In this document: piece by piece, positions 9,698 to 18,281 of the stretch
Numbering within the stretch: the first letter of the stretch is position 1
Layout: the number at the start of each line of letters is the position of its first letter
From: a virus
IMG/VR virus record: IMGVR_UViG_3300012685_000002
Coordinates: 3,411 to 67,410 of that record
Length of the DNA stretch: 64,000 nucleotides
Direction: 5' to 3' (one strand)
Translations under genes and position numbers: made by a program
Notes under the pieces: model-generated
Seen by the model: the letters and a program-made list of their open reading frames with translations, nothing else
The model's database searches: none
Told to the model about the DNA's origin: nothing

Positions 9698-9901
9698 CTA
9701 GATGTAGAGCCCCATGAGCTTGCGACAGTGAATCCCCAGCTGTTCCAGCGCCTTGCCATCTTGGCCGTAGCGCGCCCGATCCAGCAGCGCCTGCAGATTC
9801 CTGATGTACAGCGTCTTCGCTTTCTTCGGACTCTCGGCAGCGATGATCTCCTCAGGGAAGTCCATCAGCTGCACAGCGTACATCTTGCCTCCGCTCTTCA
9901 T
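9698..9901 (-). CDS. small hypothetical protein
   Basis: ORF coupled to upstream gene. Confidence 0.6.
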   Translation of the reverse strand: MKSGGKMYAVQLMDFPEEIIAAESPKKAKTLYIRNLQALLDRARYGQDGKALEQLGIHCRKLMGLYI

Positions 9902-10254
9902 AGCGCCACCGTTCTGAGCAGGGCATTGAGCCGTGCCACCTCCATACGGAGCTCGAAAGCGTCCATGCCTGGTCCTCGCTCTGCAGCACCGTCACGGTAG
10001 TCTCGCACGGCTTGACGACGGATGTCATCATAGTCACCCATCGTCACAAGCCGTATGACGAAGGCGCTGATGACGAGAGCGACTAAAATGAGCACGATGC
10101 AGACGAGCCGCCGCTCACCAGGCAGCCAGACGTAGAATCCCCCATTGGGTGTGGGGTGGATGTGCATGCTGAAGATGGCTATCACAGTGGCGATACCAAG
10201 AATCACTGTGAGCGCTCCCCAGATGCACCAGGCCAGCTTCTCATTCTCTCTCAT
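9898..10254 (-). CDS. two-TM membrane protein
   Basis: start MRENEKL with GGAGG SD; two hydrophobic helices. Confidence 0.7.
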   Translation of the reverse strand: MRENEKLAWCIWGALTVILGIATVIAIFSMHIHPTPNGGFYVWLPGERRLVCIVLILVALVISAFVIRLVTMGDYDDIRRQAVRDYRDGAAERGPGMDAFELRMEVARLNALLRTVAL

Positions 10255-10418
10255 CGTTCCTCCCTTGGATCGTCCTCCGGCATGGGCGTGAATCGTTCGC
10301 TGCCACAGTGCGGGCAGCATGGCAGCACGAGTGGGAATGGTGATGCGAGATCGTCTTCCCAGTCATCTAGCTCACCCGGCTGATCGAAGATTTCGTGGCA
10401 CTCTTTGCACTGATACAT
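10251..10418 (-). CDS. Zn-ribbon protein
   Basis: MYQCKEC...CPHCGS; GGAGG SD. Confidence 0.7.
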   Translation of the reverse strand: MYQCKECHEIFDQPGELDDWEDDLASPFPLVLPCCPHCGSERFTPMPEDDPREER

Positions 10419-10600
10419 GCGGCCTCCGGGGTCGCGCCGTGAGCCCAAAGGTACCCGGTACCCGCAACCCCCCCCGCCGTGCTGCGCGCAGAGCACCCCA
10501 CAGTGTGCCCAGGATGCCCTAGGAACGATGATCCCCCATAGCATCGAGGCCAGATACCGTGACTCGGCATCCGGCCTCATGCTTGGAAAAGGAAAGCTGG

Positions 10601-10786
10601 TTAGTTCGCGAAGCGGGCGCTGCGGGACTTGGCAGAGACCTGGGCGCTGACCATGAGCTTCTGGGCCAGCTCTAGGGCTTGCTCGGGGGTGAGGACGTAC
10701 GCCGCGCCATCGTTGTCGTCATCCGTGTTGGCGTGGATGATCACTTGATCGTCAGCGATCTCGATGTGCAGGTTCGACTGGAACAT
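10601..10786 (-). CDS. small hypothetical protein
   Basis: start MFQSNLH with GGAG; LTPEQAxELA motif common in phage proteins. Confidence 0.65.
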   Translation of the reverse strand: MFQSNLHIEIADDQVIIHANTDDDNDGAAYVLTPEQALELAQKLMVSAQVSAKSRSARFAN

Positions 10787-11651
10787 GGCTGCTCCCTTCC
10801 AAGTACTGCTGGATGACATGTGGCCCAGCGACGAAGGAGCCGAGCAAGTACTGCTCCAGCTCCACGGTCGTGCCACGGGGGTGACGCTGGCGCCAGTGCG
10901 TGGCCAGCTTGTCCACCTGTTCGCCTGTAGCATACAACAAGAGGGTCTGTGAATGCAAGAGCAAGGGGATCTCGGGCTGGGCCTCGCAGGTCCGCGTCTT
11001 CGTGAAGCTGAGCATGAGCCGGTTCCCCGCCACGCGCTGGAGATGGAGGCCTGTGTCCGCATCGTCCAGCCACGCTCCGCTGCCTCGGAAGAGCTCATCA
11101 GGATCTAGTTGCTCCTGGTCCACCACCGTCTTCTTGTCATGATGGATGAAGAAGTGAGTAGCCGTCGGGAACATCTCCTGGGACTTCCCGTAGATGAAGC
11201 TGGCCGCATCGTCATCGTTCGTGCCGAGCCGCTGGATCTTCCGCAGCGTGTCCCAGAAGATGATGGAGGGCCGGAGATGGGCGATCTCACACATGACCGG
11301 ATCACTCATGGTCACTTGGGCCAGATCGAAGAACCGTGGAAAGAAGAAGTGGACATCCTTCAGTCGATAGAGCTCCTGGATCTGTCGGATGCGACGCTGC
11401 TGGATGTGGGCCGACATGTCCGCTTGGACATACACGATAGGCCCATAGGGATGTGTAGGATACTTCCCAAAGAGAGCACCATGCTCACTCAGGCAGGCGA
11501 TCAGCGTCAGGGCCAACTGGCTCTTACCGATGTTCCGCTTGCCATGAAAGAAGCAGATGCCCTCTCGGGGAAGAAAGGGCTCGATCAGGAACGCCTGGGG
11601 GAAGACGTGATCCCGCAGGGCCTCAGCTGTCCAGAGGTGCTGCCCGCTCAT
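10752..11651 (-). CDS. RepA-like SF4 helicase (AAA_25-like)
   Basis: Walker A-like GKRNIGKS, Walker B IIFWD, IHHDKK, FRGSGAWLDDAD. Confidence 0.8.
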   Translation of the reverse strand: MSGQHLWTAEALRDHVFPQAFLIEPFLPREGICFFHGKRNIGKSQLALTLIACLSEHGALFGKYPTHPYGPIVYVQADMSAHIQQRRIRQIQELYRLKDVHFFFPRFFDLAQVTMSDPVMCEIAHLRPSIIFWDTLRKIQRLGTNDDDAASFIYGKSQEMFPTATHFFIHHDKKTVVDQEQLDPDELFRGSGAWLDDADTGLHLQRVAGNRLMLSFTKTRTCEAQPEIPLLLHSQTLLLYATGEQVDKLATHWRQRHPRGTTVELEQYLLGSFVAGPHVIQQYLEGSSHVPVEPAHRDR

Positions 11652-12171
11652 CCCGCCCCACTTGGATACCCACCTTCTGGAACGCGGCTTCGAGCTTCTC
11701 GAACACCTTCTTGGGGTCCATCCCAACCTGGGCGTGAATCGCGGCGGTCACGGTAGCGAACTTCTTCTTGAGATCGTGGGCGTCGTCGAGCGTGAGTTTG
11801 ACCATGGCGTGATCGGCCATCTCTAGCAGGGTTTCCATGAAGAACAGACGCTGCTGGGCATCGGTGGGGTCGTCCATCCACACCTCGGGATGGAACGCCA
11901 TCAAGGCCGCACCCACCACTTGGGCCACGGCACAGTACTGAGGGAAGTTGAGATCGGTCAGGGACACGTTGACCTTGGATGTGTCATACTTCCGGTCATC
12001 CAACTCATCCAGGTCTTCATCGCCTGGATCGTTGTCTCGGATCACCATCGGCTCCTGATCGAGTGCGGGTCCCTGCGGCTGTGAGCAGAGTGGACAGTCG
12101 AGCGACTCTGATGCGAGCCACGAGGTGCCGCAGGTGGGACACGCTTGTTCATCCTTCGGCTTGTGAGACAT
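11623..12171 (-). CDS. hypothetical protein with N-terminal Zn finger
   Basis: CPTC...CPLC; GGAGG SD. Confidence 0.7.
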   Translation of the reverse strand: MSHKPKDEQACPTCGTSWLASESLDCPLCSQPQGPALDQEPMVIRDNDPGDEDLDELDDRKYDTSKVNVSLTDLNFPQYCAVAQVVGAALMAFHPEVWMDDPTDAQQRLFFMETLLEMADHAMVKLTLDDAHDLKKKFATVTAAIHAQVGMDPKKVFEKLEAAFQKVGIQVGRDERAAPLDS

Positions 12172-12182
12172 ACTGCCTCCTG

Positions 12183-13061
12183 TTAGAAGTTCCATTTGTG
12201 ACGGAGATACGTTTCTACTGCTGCTCGCTGGGCATCGGGAATGACACTGTTGTAAACAAGCAGTTCAGCTAGACTTCCCACAAACCCGCCTGGCTGACTT
12301 CCATTTCCTCGACCGCCAACGAATGTCGGGTTCGCTGCAAGAACACTTGGCACTCCAGTGAACTGCGCTGTAATACGGTGCATGTTTCTGAGAATCTGGT
12401 TCTTGTAAAGCCACGGGATAGCTCTAGTGTTATCCAGCTGCACAAGCTGTTGTCCGCTGTACGCCCACGACCATAGCGCCCATTCTCCGACGATATTGAT
12501 ACTTGTGCCATCGTTATACTGGTAAACATCAGTAGACAATCCTACGCCGCTTTGCCGGAGAATGACGATATTGACTGCGTTGGAAATGGTGAAGAGATCC
12601 TGATACTGAAAGATCCCTCCATTGTTGTTGCTCAAGGCAGTCGTGAGCAGCGTGTCGGTGTTGATCGACCCTGCCAGTCGTGTCAGGCTGATAATCGAGT
12701 AAGGATTCGTGAAACCGAGCTTGACGAGCCAGGATTTCGCTGATTGGAGACATTGCGTCCCACTGAAAGCGACCACTGGGAGACCGTTCTGCCCCGGAAC
12801 TGTCAGGGTGGGATTCCCGCCACCCGATCCCGAGGGGCCAAGATCGTTCCCGTTGCCACTTTTGTCTACCCATGCTGTCACACTCGATCCATTCGTGCCG
12901 CTCAAGCTCGTGGCGTCATACCACACGAGCAAGTTATTGTCGGGCATAGGGTTGAACGCGCCGGGAGGGTCCATAGGAATGAACACCGCCGTGTTATCCG
13001 GCGTAGTCGTCTTGTCCAGATCCTTGGGTGCGTCGAATGAGCCTGTACGATAGCCTGGCAT
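12183..13061 (-). CDS. LamG/concanavalin-like domain protein
   Basis: LVWYDA...WVDKSGNGN, GSLAELLVYN...VETYLRHKW pattern; start MPGYRTG overlaps pol stop. Confidence 0.75.
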   Translation of the reverse strand: MPGYRTGSFDAPKDLDKTTTPDNTAVFIPMDPPGAFNPMPDNNLLVWYDATSLSGTNGSSVTAWVDKSGNGNDLGPSGSGGGNPTLTVPGQNGLPVVAFSGTQCLQSAKSWLVKLGFTNPYSIISLTRLAGSINTDTLLTTALSNNNGGIFQYQDLFTISNAVNIVILRQSGVGLSTDVYQYNDGTSINIVGEWALWSWAYSGQQLVQLDNTRAIPWLYKNQILRNMHRITAQFTGVPSVLAANPTFVGGRGNGSQPGGFVGSLAELLVYNSVIPDAQRAAVETYLRHKWNF

Positions 13062-14074
13062 TACATCCCCTTGTGCTCGAACTTGGCCATGTGACCCCAG
13101 TTGTGACCCCGCTTCCACTCGACTGGAATGTAGAGCTCTCGACCGTGGATGGCAAAGCGGCGTTCGAGGAACGGGCTGACCGTGCGGACGAGGGTCGGAA
13201 TGGCCTCTGGCGGGCTCTGGAACAAGAGTTCGTCGTGGATCTGGAGGAGCATATCGACTGGCTGGGTCTTGAGGGCGGTATGGACCCGGGGCAAGGCGTG
13301 GTTCATGAGCCACGCAATCGTGCTCTGGGGATAGAAGCTGAGACCCTCCTTGAGACGTTCATCAGGATCAGGGTTGTGGAACGTCCGACGGTAGCCGAAG
13401 CAGTTCCAGAGTACCCCATTCTGCTTCTCCAGCTCTCGACGGGTGGTATCCCACCAGAGCTCCAAGGGATGGAGCTGCAAGAGCTTGTGGTGCAGGACCG
13501 TGACCTGATCCTCGGTGAAGTACATCCCTGTCGTATCCGCTTCCTTGTTCAGGTTGAGGGTGATCGTCCGTACCTTGGCGGCGTACTGACTGGCATAGCG
13601 GATGGTCTTGGCGATGTCCCGCTGGAGTGGCGTGATCTCCGTCTCGAACATGAACTTGGCTAGCTCGACATGCGTATCAATGCCAGCTTCGAGCTTCTCT
13701 AGGTACTTCCAGTCCTTGGAATAGGCAGCGCAGCAGAACGCTTCAGCTCCCACGAAGTCGCAGGCCACCAGCTCCATGCCCTCATCAGCAATGAAGATGT
13801 CCCGCACCTTGTACTCGGGGTCCAGCTTCGCCACCTTCTTCTCCATGTTCTGGAGGTTGGTGGACTCGAACAAAAGACTGTCACTGCTGGACATACGGAA
13901 GCTGGCCGTGTCCGGGGAGAGCACGGTACGGATACGGCCATCCTTGCCCGGGCTAAGGCGTTTGTACGTCCCCGCGACCTTGCGGTCCCGGACTCCCTTG
14001 AGCATCGGGACTACTACTGACTCCGCCACTGCTCGGCGTTCGTTGATCGACTTGATCGAGAACCGGCTGGACAT
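13061..14074 (-). CDS. family A DNA polymerase, C-terminal palm/fingers subunit
   Basis: TASFRMSSS/NLQN, motif A DFVGAE, motif B RDIAKTIRYASQY, motif C QIHDELL. Confidence 0.92.
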   Translation of the reverse strand: MSSRFSIKSINERRAVAESVVVPMLKGVRDRKVAGTYKRLSPGKDGRIRTVLSPDTASFRMSSSDSLLFESTNLQNMEKKVAKLDPEYKVRDIFIADEGMELVACDFVGAEAFCCAAYSKDWKYLEKLEAGIDTHVELAKFMFETEITPLQRDIAKTIRYASQYAAKVRTITLNLNKEADTTGMYFTEDQVTVLHHKLLQLHPLELWWDTTRRELEKQNGVLWNCFGYRRTFHNPDPDERLKEGLSFYPQSTIAWLMNHALPRVHTALKTQPVDMLLQIHDELLFQSPPEAIPTLVRTVSPFLERRFAIHGRELYIPVEWKRGHNWGHMAKFEHKGM

Positions 14075-14258
14075 CCTTCACCCCTTCGTCCTTGATGTCG
14101 AGTACCTGTTTGTGCATGTACTGCACGAAGCACATCGGGCAGCTCTTGAGCCAGATGGTGTTGCCAAGGGCATCCTTGAACTCTAGGAAGTACCACTCTT
14201 TCTTCGTGGTGTACCAGATGTGTCCCTTGGGACACTTGAGCTTACGGGCTTCGCTCAT
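13953..14258 (-). CDS. small Zn-binding hypothetical protein between the polymerase halves
   Basis: CPKGH...CPMC; coupled to upstream ORF; 3' part overlaps pol start. Confidence 0.55.
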   Translation of the reverse strand: MSEARKLKCPKGHIWYTTKKEWYFLEFKDALGNTIWLKSCPMCFVQYMHKQVLDIKDEGVKDVQPVLDQVDQRTPSSGGVSSSPDAQGSPGPQGRGDVQTP

Positions 14259-14506
14259 GAGGCTCTGTCCGAGAAGCAGCGCACCCAGCAAGCGTATTTG
14301 CTGTCGTAATCATCATCCACCGCAATCGGAAACAGCTCGCCCTTCTTCACGTCTCTCTTCTTGTCGTCTTGAAGAGCCTGAAAATAGTCCACTCGGGTGT
14401 ACTTCCACACGACCCCTTCGTTGTCCAGCGCGAACAGTCCAGATGGGCCAACGCTGATCTGGATAAATCTTGATGTCCCGGCAGGATCTCTTGGAATGAT
14501 TTTCAT
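14255..14506 (-). CDS. small hypothetical protein between the polymerase halves
   Basis: QISVG..LFALDNEGVVWKY beta-propeller-blade-like motif; starts 1 nt after the stop of the pol N-half. Confidence 0.7.
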   Translation of the reverse strand: MKIIPRDPAGTSRFIQISVGPSGLFALDNEGVVWKYTRVDYFQALQDDKKRDVKKGELFPIAVDDDYDSKYACWVRCFSDRAS

Positions 14507-14507
14507 A

Positions 14508-16094
14508 TTATTGCCCTCTCGCCCACCGCAGCACCTTCTTCAATGCGGTAGCGTCAGTGGTGATCTTGTTATTCCAGATGTTCTTGGGGGCCCCAATGGC
14601 CTCGTACAAGAAGGTCTTCATCTGCGCAGGAGAGTATGGATTGAAGTGGTACGCCGTGAGCTTGCCCGTACCGCTACAACGTACACAAGGATGGAGCGTC
14701 GCTCCGATCTTCTTCCCGGGCTTCTTAGCGTAACCTGCGCAGCGCCAACACGCTTGGCGGCTGACTGTCCCGCCCCCGCAGCAATCACAGCGCTTCTGCC
14801 GAGCAAACGCTGCCACTCCTTCGCGTTGAATGTAGCGAAGGCCTTCACCTGCGCTGATCTCTTTCGCAGCTTCTGCGCGGGCTTGTAGGGTAGATAGACG
14901 ATGGTGCTGGAGCTCGACATTGATCCGTACCCCTTTCAGTTGCATCTCTACCGTTGCGGGGTAGAGAGATGTGGCGAGTTCGTACTGGGCTTGGCAGCCT
15001 GCGGCCTCCATCTCGGGGAGCATACAGGCAGCCAGCCAGCGCGTGACGTAGGCATCGTTCCCGTTCAAGATGAACATCTTCTCGTTGTGCTGGGGATCAT
15101 CCGGGAGTGGATAGTCCTTCCACCAGGGCAAGTTGAAGTAGAGGGAGGCGAGGAACGCGAGGCCCTTGCGGCTCATACGGCTGGGCGTAATCGCTTTATC
15201 TTCTTCGTCCGTGTCACCAGATCCCGCAAGGTCAGGCTCCAGAGCCCACCACATTTGTTGTGTGTCGTGATGATAGTGACGTACACGGAGATCATAGAAG
15301 AGTCGCATCGCTGGCACGTCGAACCCAGGTCCGTTGTGTCCAACTTTCGGCACGTCGGACAGAAGAATCTGCTTCCCGTATAGGTCAAAGTAGTGTCCCC
15401 ACATCGCTACATACGGTTGCATGTCGTCTCCGCAGAAGCCGCTGCAGAGCAGTGCGGTCATGTCCCACTTCGTCTCAATGTCCCACGCCACCAATCGAGA
15501 GTGAAGAATCTTCTCCACTTGGGCTTGGGTCTGGAGACGGAGGGGTACCGGGAACGCATCACGGGGTAGATCACCAGCAAGCCAGCGTCTACCTCGACGG
15601 AGATCCATTCCCAGTAGATAGCGCCCTGGCGTAGGCTTGCGGAGCACTCCAGCGGGATGGAGGGTGGTGAGCACCAGACCGTCCGGTGTGTCCCAGAAGT
15701 AACCACGACGGTCTTCGATACCTTTGGCTCCAAGGATACCCCGCCCGGCAGTCGGCCATCGAGTACCGAGACAGGCGTATGATGCCTCGTTGCCGAGCGT
15801 GATAGTAAGGCTAGGCCGGAGTCTTCGACGGAGCTGTTGAAGCTGCTCAACTCCTTCAAGTACTCTTCCGGGCTCGTGAGCTTTGAAGTCGTTGGCCGGG
15901 GGACGCCAGCCACAGACGTTGGCGATGTTGACATCTTGGCGTCGGAGTCCGACGCTTCCGAGGACGGTGTCGAGGAGTTCCCCGGCTCGTCCAATGAACG
16001 GTCGTCCTTCACGTTCTTCATCCTCCCCAGGATCACGTCCAATCAACAGGATGTGTCCCGGCTCTGGGTGGTTGATCTCTGGCGGTACGAACAT
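14508..16094 (-). CDS. DNA polymerase N-terminal subunit: uracil-DNA glycosylase-like domain + 3'-5' exonuclease + thumb with Zn finger
   Basis: GRDPGEDEEREGRPFIGRAG and TLHPAGVLR (UDG family 4/5-like); WDIET, HNGPGFD, NGND exonuclease motifs; CxxC pairs; FNPYSPAQ. Confidence 0.88.
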   Translation of the reverse strand: MFVPPEINHPEPGHILLIGRDPGEDEEREGRPFIGRAGELLDTVLGSVGLRRQDVNIANVCGWRPPANDFKAHEPGRVLEGVEQLQQLRRRLRPSLTITLGNEASYACLGTRWPTAGRGILGAKGIEDRRGYFWDTPDGLVLTTLHPAGVLRKPTPGRYLLGMDLRRGRRWLAGDLPRDAFPVPLRLQTQAQVEKILHSRLVAWDIETKWDMTALLCSGFCGDDMQPYVAMWGHYFDLYGKQILLSDVPKVGHNGPGFDVPAMRLFYDLRVRHYHHDTQQMWWALEPDLAGSGDTDEEDKAITPSRMSRKGLAFLASLYFNLPWWKDYPLPDDPQHNEKMFILNGNDAYVTRWLAACMLPEMEAAGCQAQYELATSLYPATVEMQLKGVRINVELQHHRLSTLQARAEAAKEISAGEGLRYIQREGVAAFARQKRCDCCGGGTVSRQACWRCAGYAKKPGKKIGATLHPCVRCSGTGKLTAYHFNPYSPAQMKTFLYEAIGAPKNIWNNKITTDATALKKVLRWARGQ

Positions 16095-16306
16095 TATGGC
16101 CGAAGGATGCGGCTCTCAGGCTGCTTCGCTGCCATGAGCATGCCTTGCACCGCGCTCGTCAAGATACCGACGGCGGCATAGAGGTTCGCGACGTTGGACT
16201 GGATACTGATCTGGCCATCCGGCTCCAGCGTCACCATGATCTGTGCCTTGGGTGGCGCGACCGGCCGCATGGGCGGCGGGGCGTCGAGGTTGATGACATC
16301 AGTCAT
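16094..16306 (-). CDS. small hypothetical protein
   Basis: coupled to downstream gene. Confidence 0.65.
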   Translation of the reverse strand: MTDVINLDAPPPMRPVAPPKAQIMVTLEPDGQISIQSNVANLYAAVGILTSAVQGMLMAAKQPESRILRP

Positions 16307-16806
16307 GAGCTGGCTCCGTCGGCTTGGGGGACGGCTTCGATGCTTCCCGGGCTTCCTGGAAGATCTCCGCCAAGGACTTGTTCAGGTGCTGCATGATCTG
16401 GAGCGCTCCCTCCGGGTCCATCACGGGGATCGTTCCCGTAAACTCCCGGAGCAGGATCGTCCGCTCCGTGTGCTTCTTCGACGGCGCGTGCCGCCGTAGC
16501 TGGATCTTGAGAGAGACCAACCACATAGTTCACATCCATGAGGAAGTTGTCGAGAGCGGCACCCATGGAGGCGTAGCCGTCCGCCTTCCCGATCACGGTG
16601 TCGGCACGGTTGCCGAGGGCCGCGTCGCGAATGAAGCGGATGATGGGCTTGAGCAGGGGCTCGATGAGAAGCAGACAGTTCCGACAGGGACGGCCCTTGG
16701 ACTCCGTGTGATCGCACAGGAAGCCTGCGCAGCCACGCCAGAACTGATTCCCCAAGTGCTCTTCGTCTGCAGCGGAACCGATACGTTGGTACTTGAGTGA
16801 CGACAT
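16303..16806 (-). CDS. hypothetical protein (overlapping alternative frame 16299..16526 also plausible)
   Basis: start MSSLKYQ; Cys-rich N-terminus. Confidence 0.5.
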   Translation of the reverse strand: MSSLKYQRIGSAADEEHLGNQFWRGCAGFLCDHTESKGRPCRNCLLLIEPLLKPIIRFIRDAALGNRADTVIGKADGYASMGAALDNFLMDVNYVVGLSQDPATAARAVEEAHGADDPAPGVYGNDPRDGPGGSAPDHAAPEQVLGGDLPGSPGSIEAVPQADGASS

Positions 16807-16986
16807 CCGTTGATGCTTCACAACTCTTGCCTCACAAGAGGGTCTGGGAAGGGTGGCAGACTGGTGGAGGCAGGCGGAGCGGGGGGCTTGCCTACCGTGC
16901 GTGTTGTATCTGCCCTTTCGCACAGTACAACCAGCGGGGCCGACTTCCCATCAGACGACGTACCGCCTTACGCGGTGTACTGTGAG

Positions 16987-17057
16987 TTGGAGAGGTAGGA
17001 GTCGGACCCACATTCGACGGTTCAAGGCCGTCTGTCCTGCCATTGGACGACTCTCCA
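16987..17057 (-). tRNA. tRNA-Gln(TTG)
   Basis: cloverleaf; GACGG-CCTTGAA-CCGTC; C33; T loop TCCGACT. Confidence 0.88.
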
Positions 17058-17060
17058 GTA

Positions 17061-17129
17061 CAGCGAGTCTAGGTGTCGATCCCAGGACGGCAAGTTTTGG
17101 AGACTCGCCTGTACGCCGGTACACTCGCT
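17061..17129 (-). tRNA. tRNA-Trp(CCA), truncated D arm
   Basis: acceptor AGCGAGT/ACTCGCT; loop CTCCAAA; D arm GTAC-CGGC-GTAC. Confidence 0.75.
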
Positions 17130-17132
17130 ACA

Positions 17133-17204
17133 TGCAGCAACTAGGAATCGAACCTAGTCTCTCACCCATGTCAAGGGTGCGCGTTCCCATCTCGCTCTTG
17201 CTGC
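17133..17204 (-). tRNA. tRNA-Val(GAC)
   Basis: CACCC-TTGACAT-GGGTG; canonical T arm. Confidence 0.88.
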
Positions 17205-17633
17205 TCAGTAATCGACGATCAACTTGCCCTTCAAGTGATCGAGCTCGTGGAGCAGGACTCTCGCCATCAGTCCTGTGGCGTGGATCTGTTCCCAGAGACC
17301 GTCCACGCTGCGGTAGTCCACGATCACTTCCAGCGACCGCTTCACCGGCTTCGTGATCCCAGGGAGGGAGAGACAGCCTTCCTCCTGTTTGTTCCGGTTG
17401 ATCGACTGGGCCCGGAGATGCGGGTTGATCAACGCCAGCTTCTGGTTCTCGATGTTCACCACGATCACTTGCACCGGCTCGCCCACCTGGATCGCGGAGA
17501 GTCCTACGCCGATCCCTTCTACTGTCTCGAACATGTCGTCGATCAATGTCCGAACCCCGTCGTCGATCTCCTTGAGCGGAAGAGACTTCCGACGGAGTGC
17601 CTTCATATCGAACTCTACGATGGTGCGCTTCAT
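17205..17633 (-). CDS. def: peptide deformylase
   Basis: GVGLSAIQVG, EGCLS and HELDH signature motifs. Confidence 0.95.
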   Translation of the reverse strand: MKRTIVEFDMKALRRKSLPLKEIDDGVRTLIDDMFETVEGIGVGLSAIQVGEPVQVIVVNIENQKLALINPHLRAQSINRNKQEEGCLSLPGITKPVKRSLEVIVDYRSVDGLWEQIHATGLMARVLLHELDHLKGKLIVDY

Positions 17634-17635
17634 AG

Positions 17636-17709
17636 TGGAGGCATGGGGATTCGAACCCCAGTCGCTAGTTTGCGGGACTAGCATAATGCCCAGACTATAC
17701 GATACCCCC
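17636..17709 (-). tRNA. tRNA-Ala(CGC)
   Basis: G3:U70 pair; CTAGT-CCCGCAA-ACTAG; C33. Confidence 0.9.
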
Positions 17710-17713
17710 AAGA

Positions 17714-17916
17714 TGTGTGTTCCGTAGCCGCGATTCTGTTTTATCCCGTCATCTGTCTAAGCCCCAACCCGGGGTTCTCTAGGGTCAAGCGATCCCCTGT
17801 TTGGGTTGCAGCATTGCCGTGGTGCGAACCGCTACCCGCACTGCTTGGCGTCCCACGTCCCCATTGCTGTCGCGAACTTCCTCAGGTCTCTCGACCCGCG
17901 ACGGGTCGAACACACA
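17714..17916 (-). ncRNA. rnpB: minimal RNase P RNA (catalytic domain; reduced S-domain; no P18)
   Basis: CR-I GAGGAAGTTCGCG, CR-IV TAGACAGATGAC, CR-V AACAGAATCGCGGCTA; P1, P2, P3, P4, P5, P7 and P15 pair by eye. Confidence 0.9.
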
Positions 17917-17917
17917 G

Positions 17918-17990
17918 TTGGGGGAGCAGGGGTCGAACCTGCACTCTCCGGGTTCAGAGCCCGGCGTGTTGCCAGTTACACCATCCCTCA
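17918..17990 (-). tRNA. tRNA-Gln(CTG)
   Basis: CCGGG-CTCTGAA-CCCGG. Confidence 0.92.
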
Positions 17991-17991
17991 G

Positions 17992-18063
17992 TCTGGCTAC
18001 CGGGAGTCGAACCCGGACTAAGAGGATCGGAGCCTCTCGTGATGTCCGTTTCACTATAGCCAA
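17992..18063 (-). tRNA. tRNA-Arg(CCG)
   Basis: AGAGG-CTCCGAT-CCTCT. Confidence 0.9.
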
Positions 18064-18064
18064 G

Positions 18065-18136
18065 TCCGGCTGGTGGGAGTCGAACCCACACTGAAAGGTT
18101 CGTAGCCTTTCCGTCTCTCCGTTAGCTTACAGCCGA
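18065..18136 (-). tRNA. tRNA-Arg(ACG)
   Basis: AAAGG-CTACGAA-CCTTT. Confidence 0.88.
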
Positions 18137-18137
18137 G

Positions 18138-18210
18138 TTGGACTCCACGGAATCGAACCGCAGCCTGCTGCTTTTCAGGCAGCCGTGCGCACCAGCTACA
18201 CCAGAATCCA
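18138..18210 (-). tRNA. tRNA-Phe(GAA)
   Basis: GCTGC-CTGAAAA-GCAGC. Confidence 0.9.
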
Positions 18211-18211
18211 G

Positions 18212-18280
18212 ACCGCTCGGAGGGACTCGAACCCTCATTGCTCCGGTAGAAACGGAGTCGCTGTCCATCAGCACGAGCAG
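18212..18280 (-). tRNA. tRNA-Arg(TCT), short D arm
   Basis: CTCCG-TTTCTAC-CGGAG. Confidence 0.82.
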
Positions 18281-18281
18281 A

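Noticed and set aside
14074-14508. Intein or group I intron splitting the polymerase
   Set aside because: No C/S...HN intein termini, no intron core or homing endonuclease motif; the gap is filled by coupled ORFs
17636-17709. tmRNA (G3:U70 acceptor with GGGG start)
   Set aside because: Folds as a complete 74-nt tRNA-Ala(CGC) with no tag reading frame
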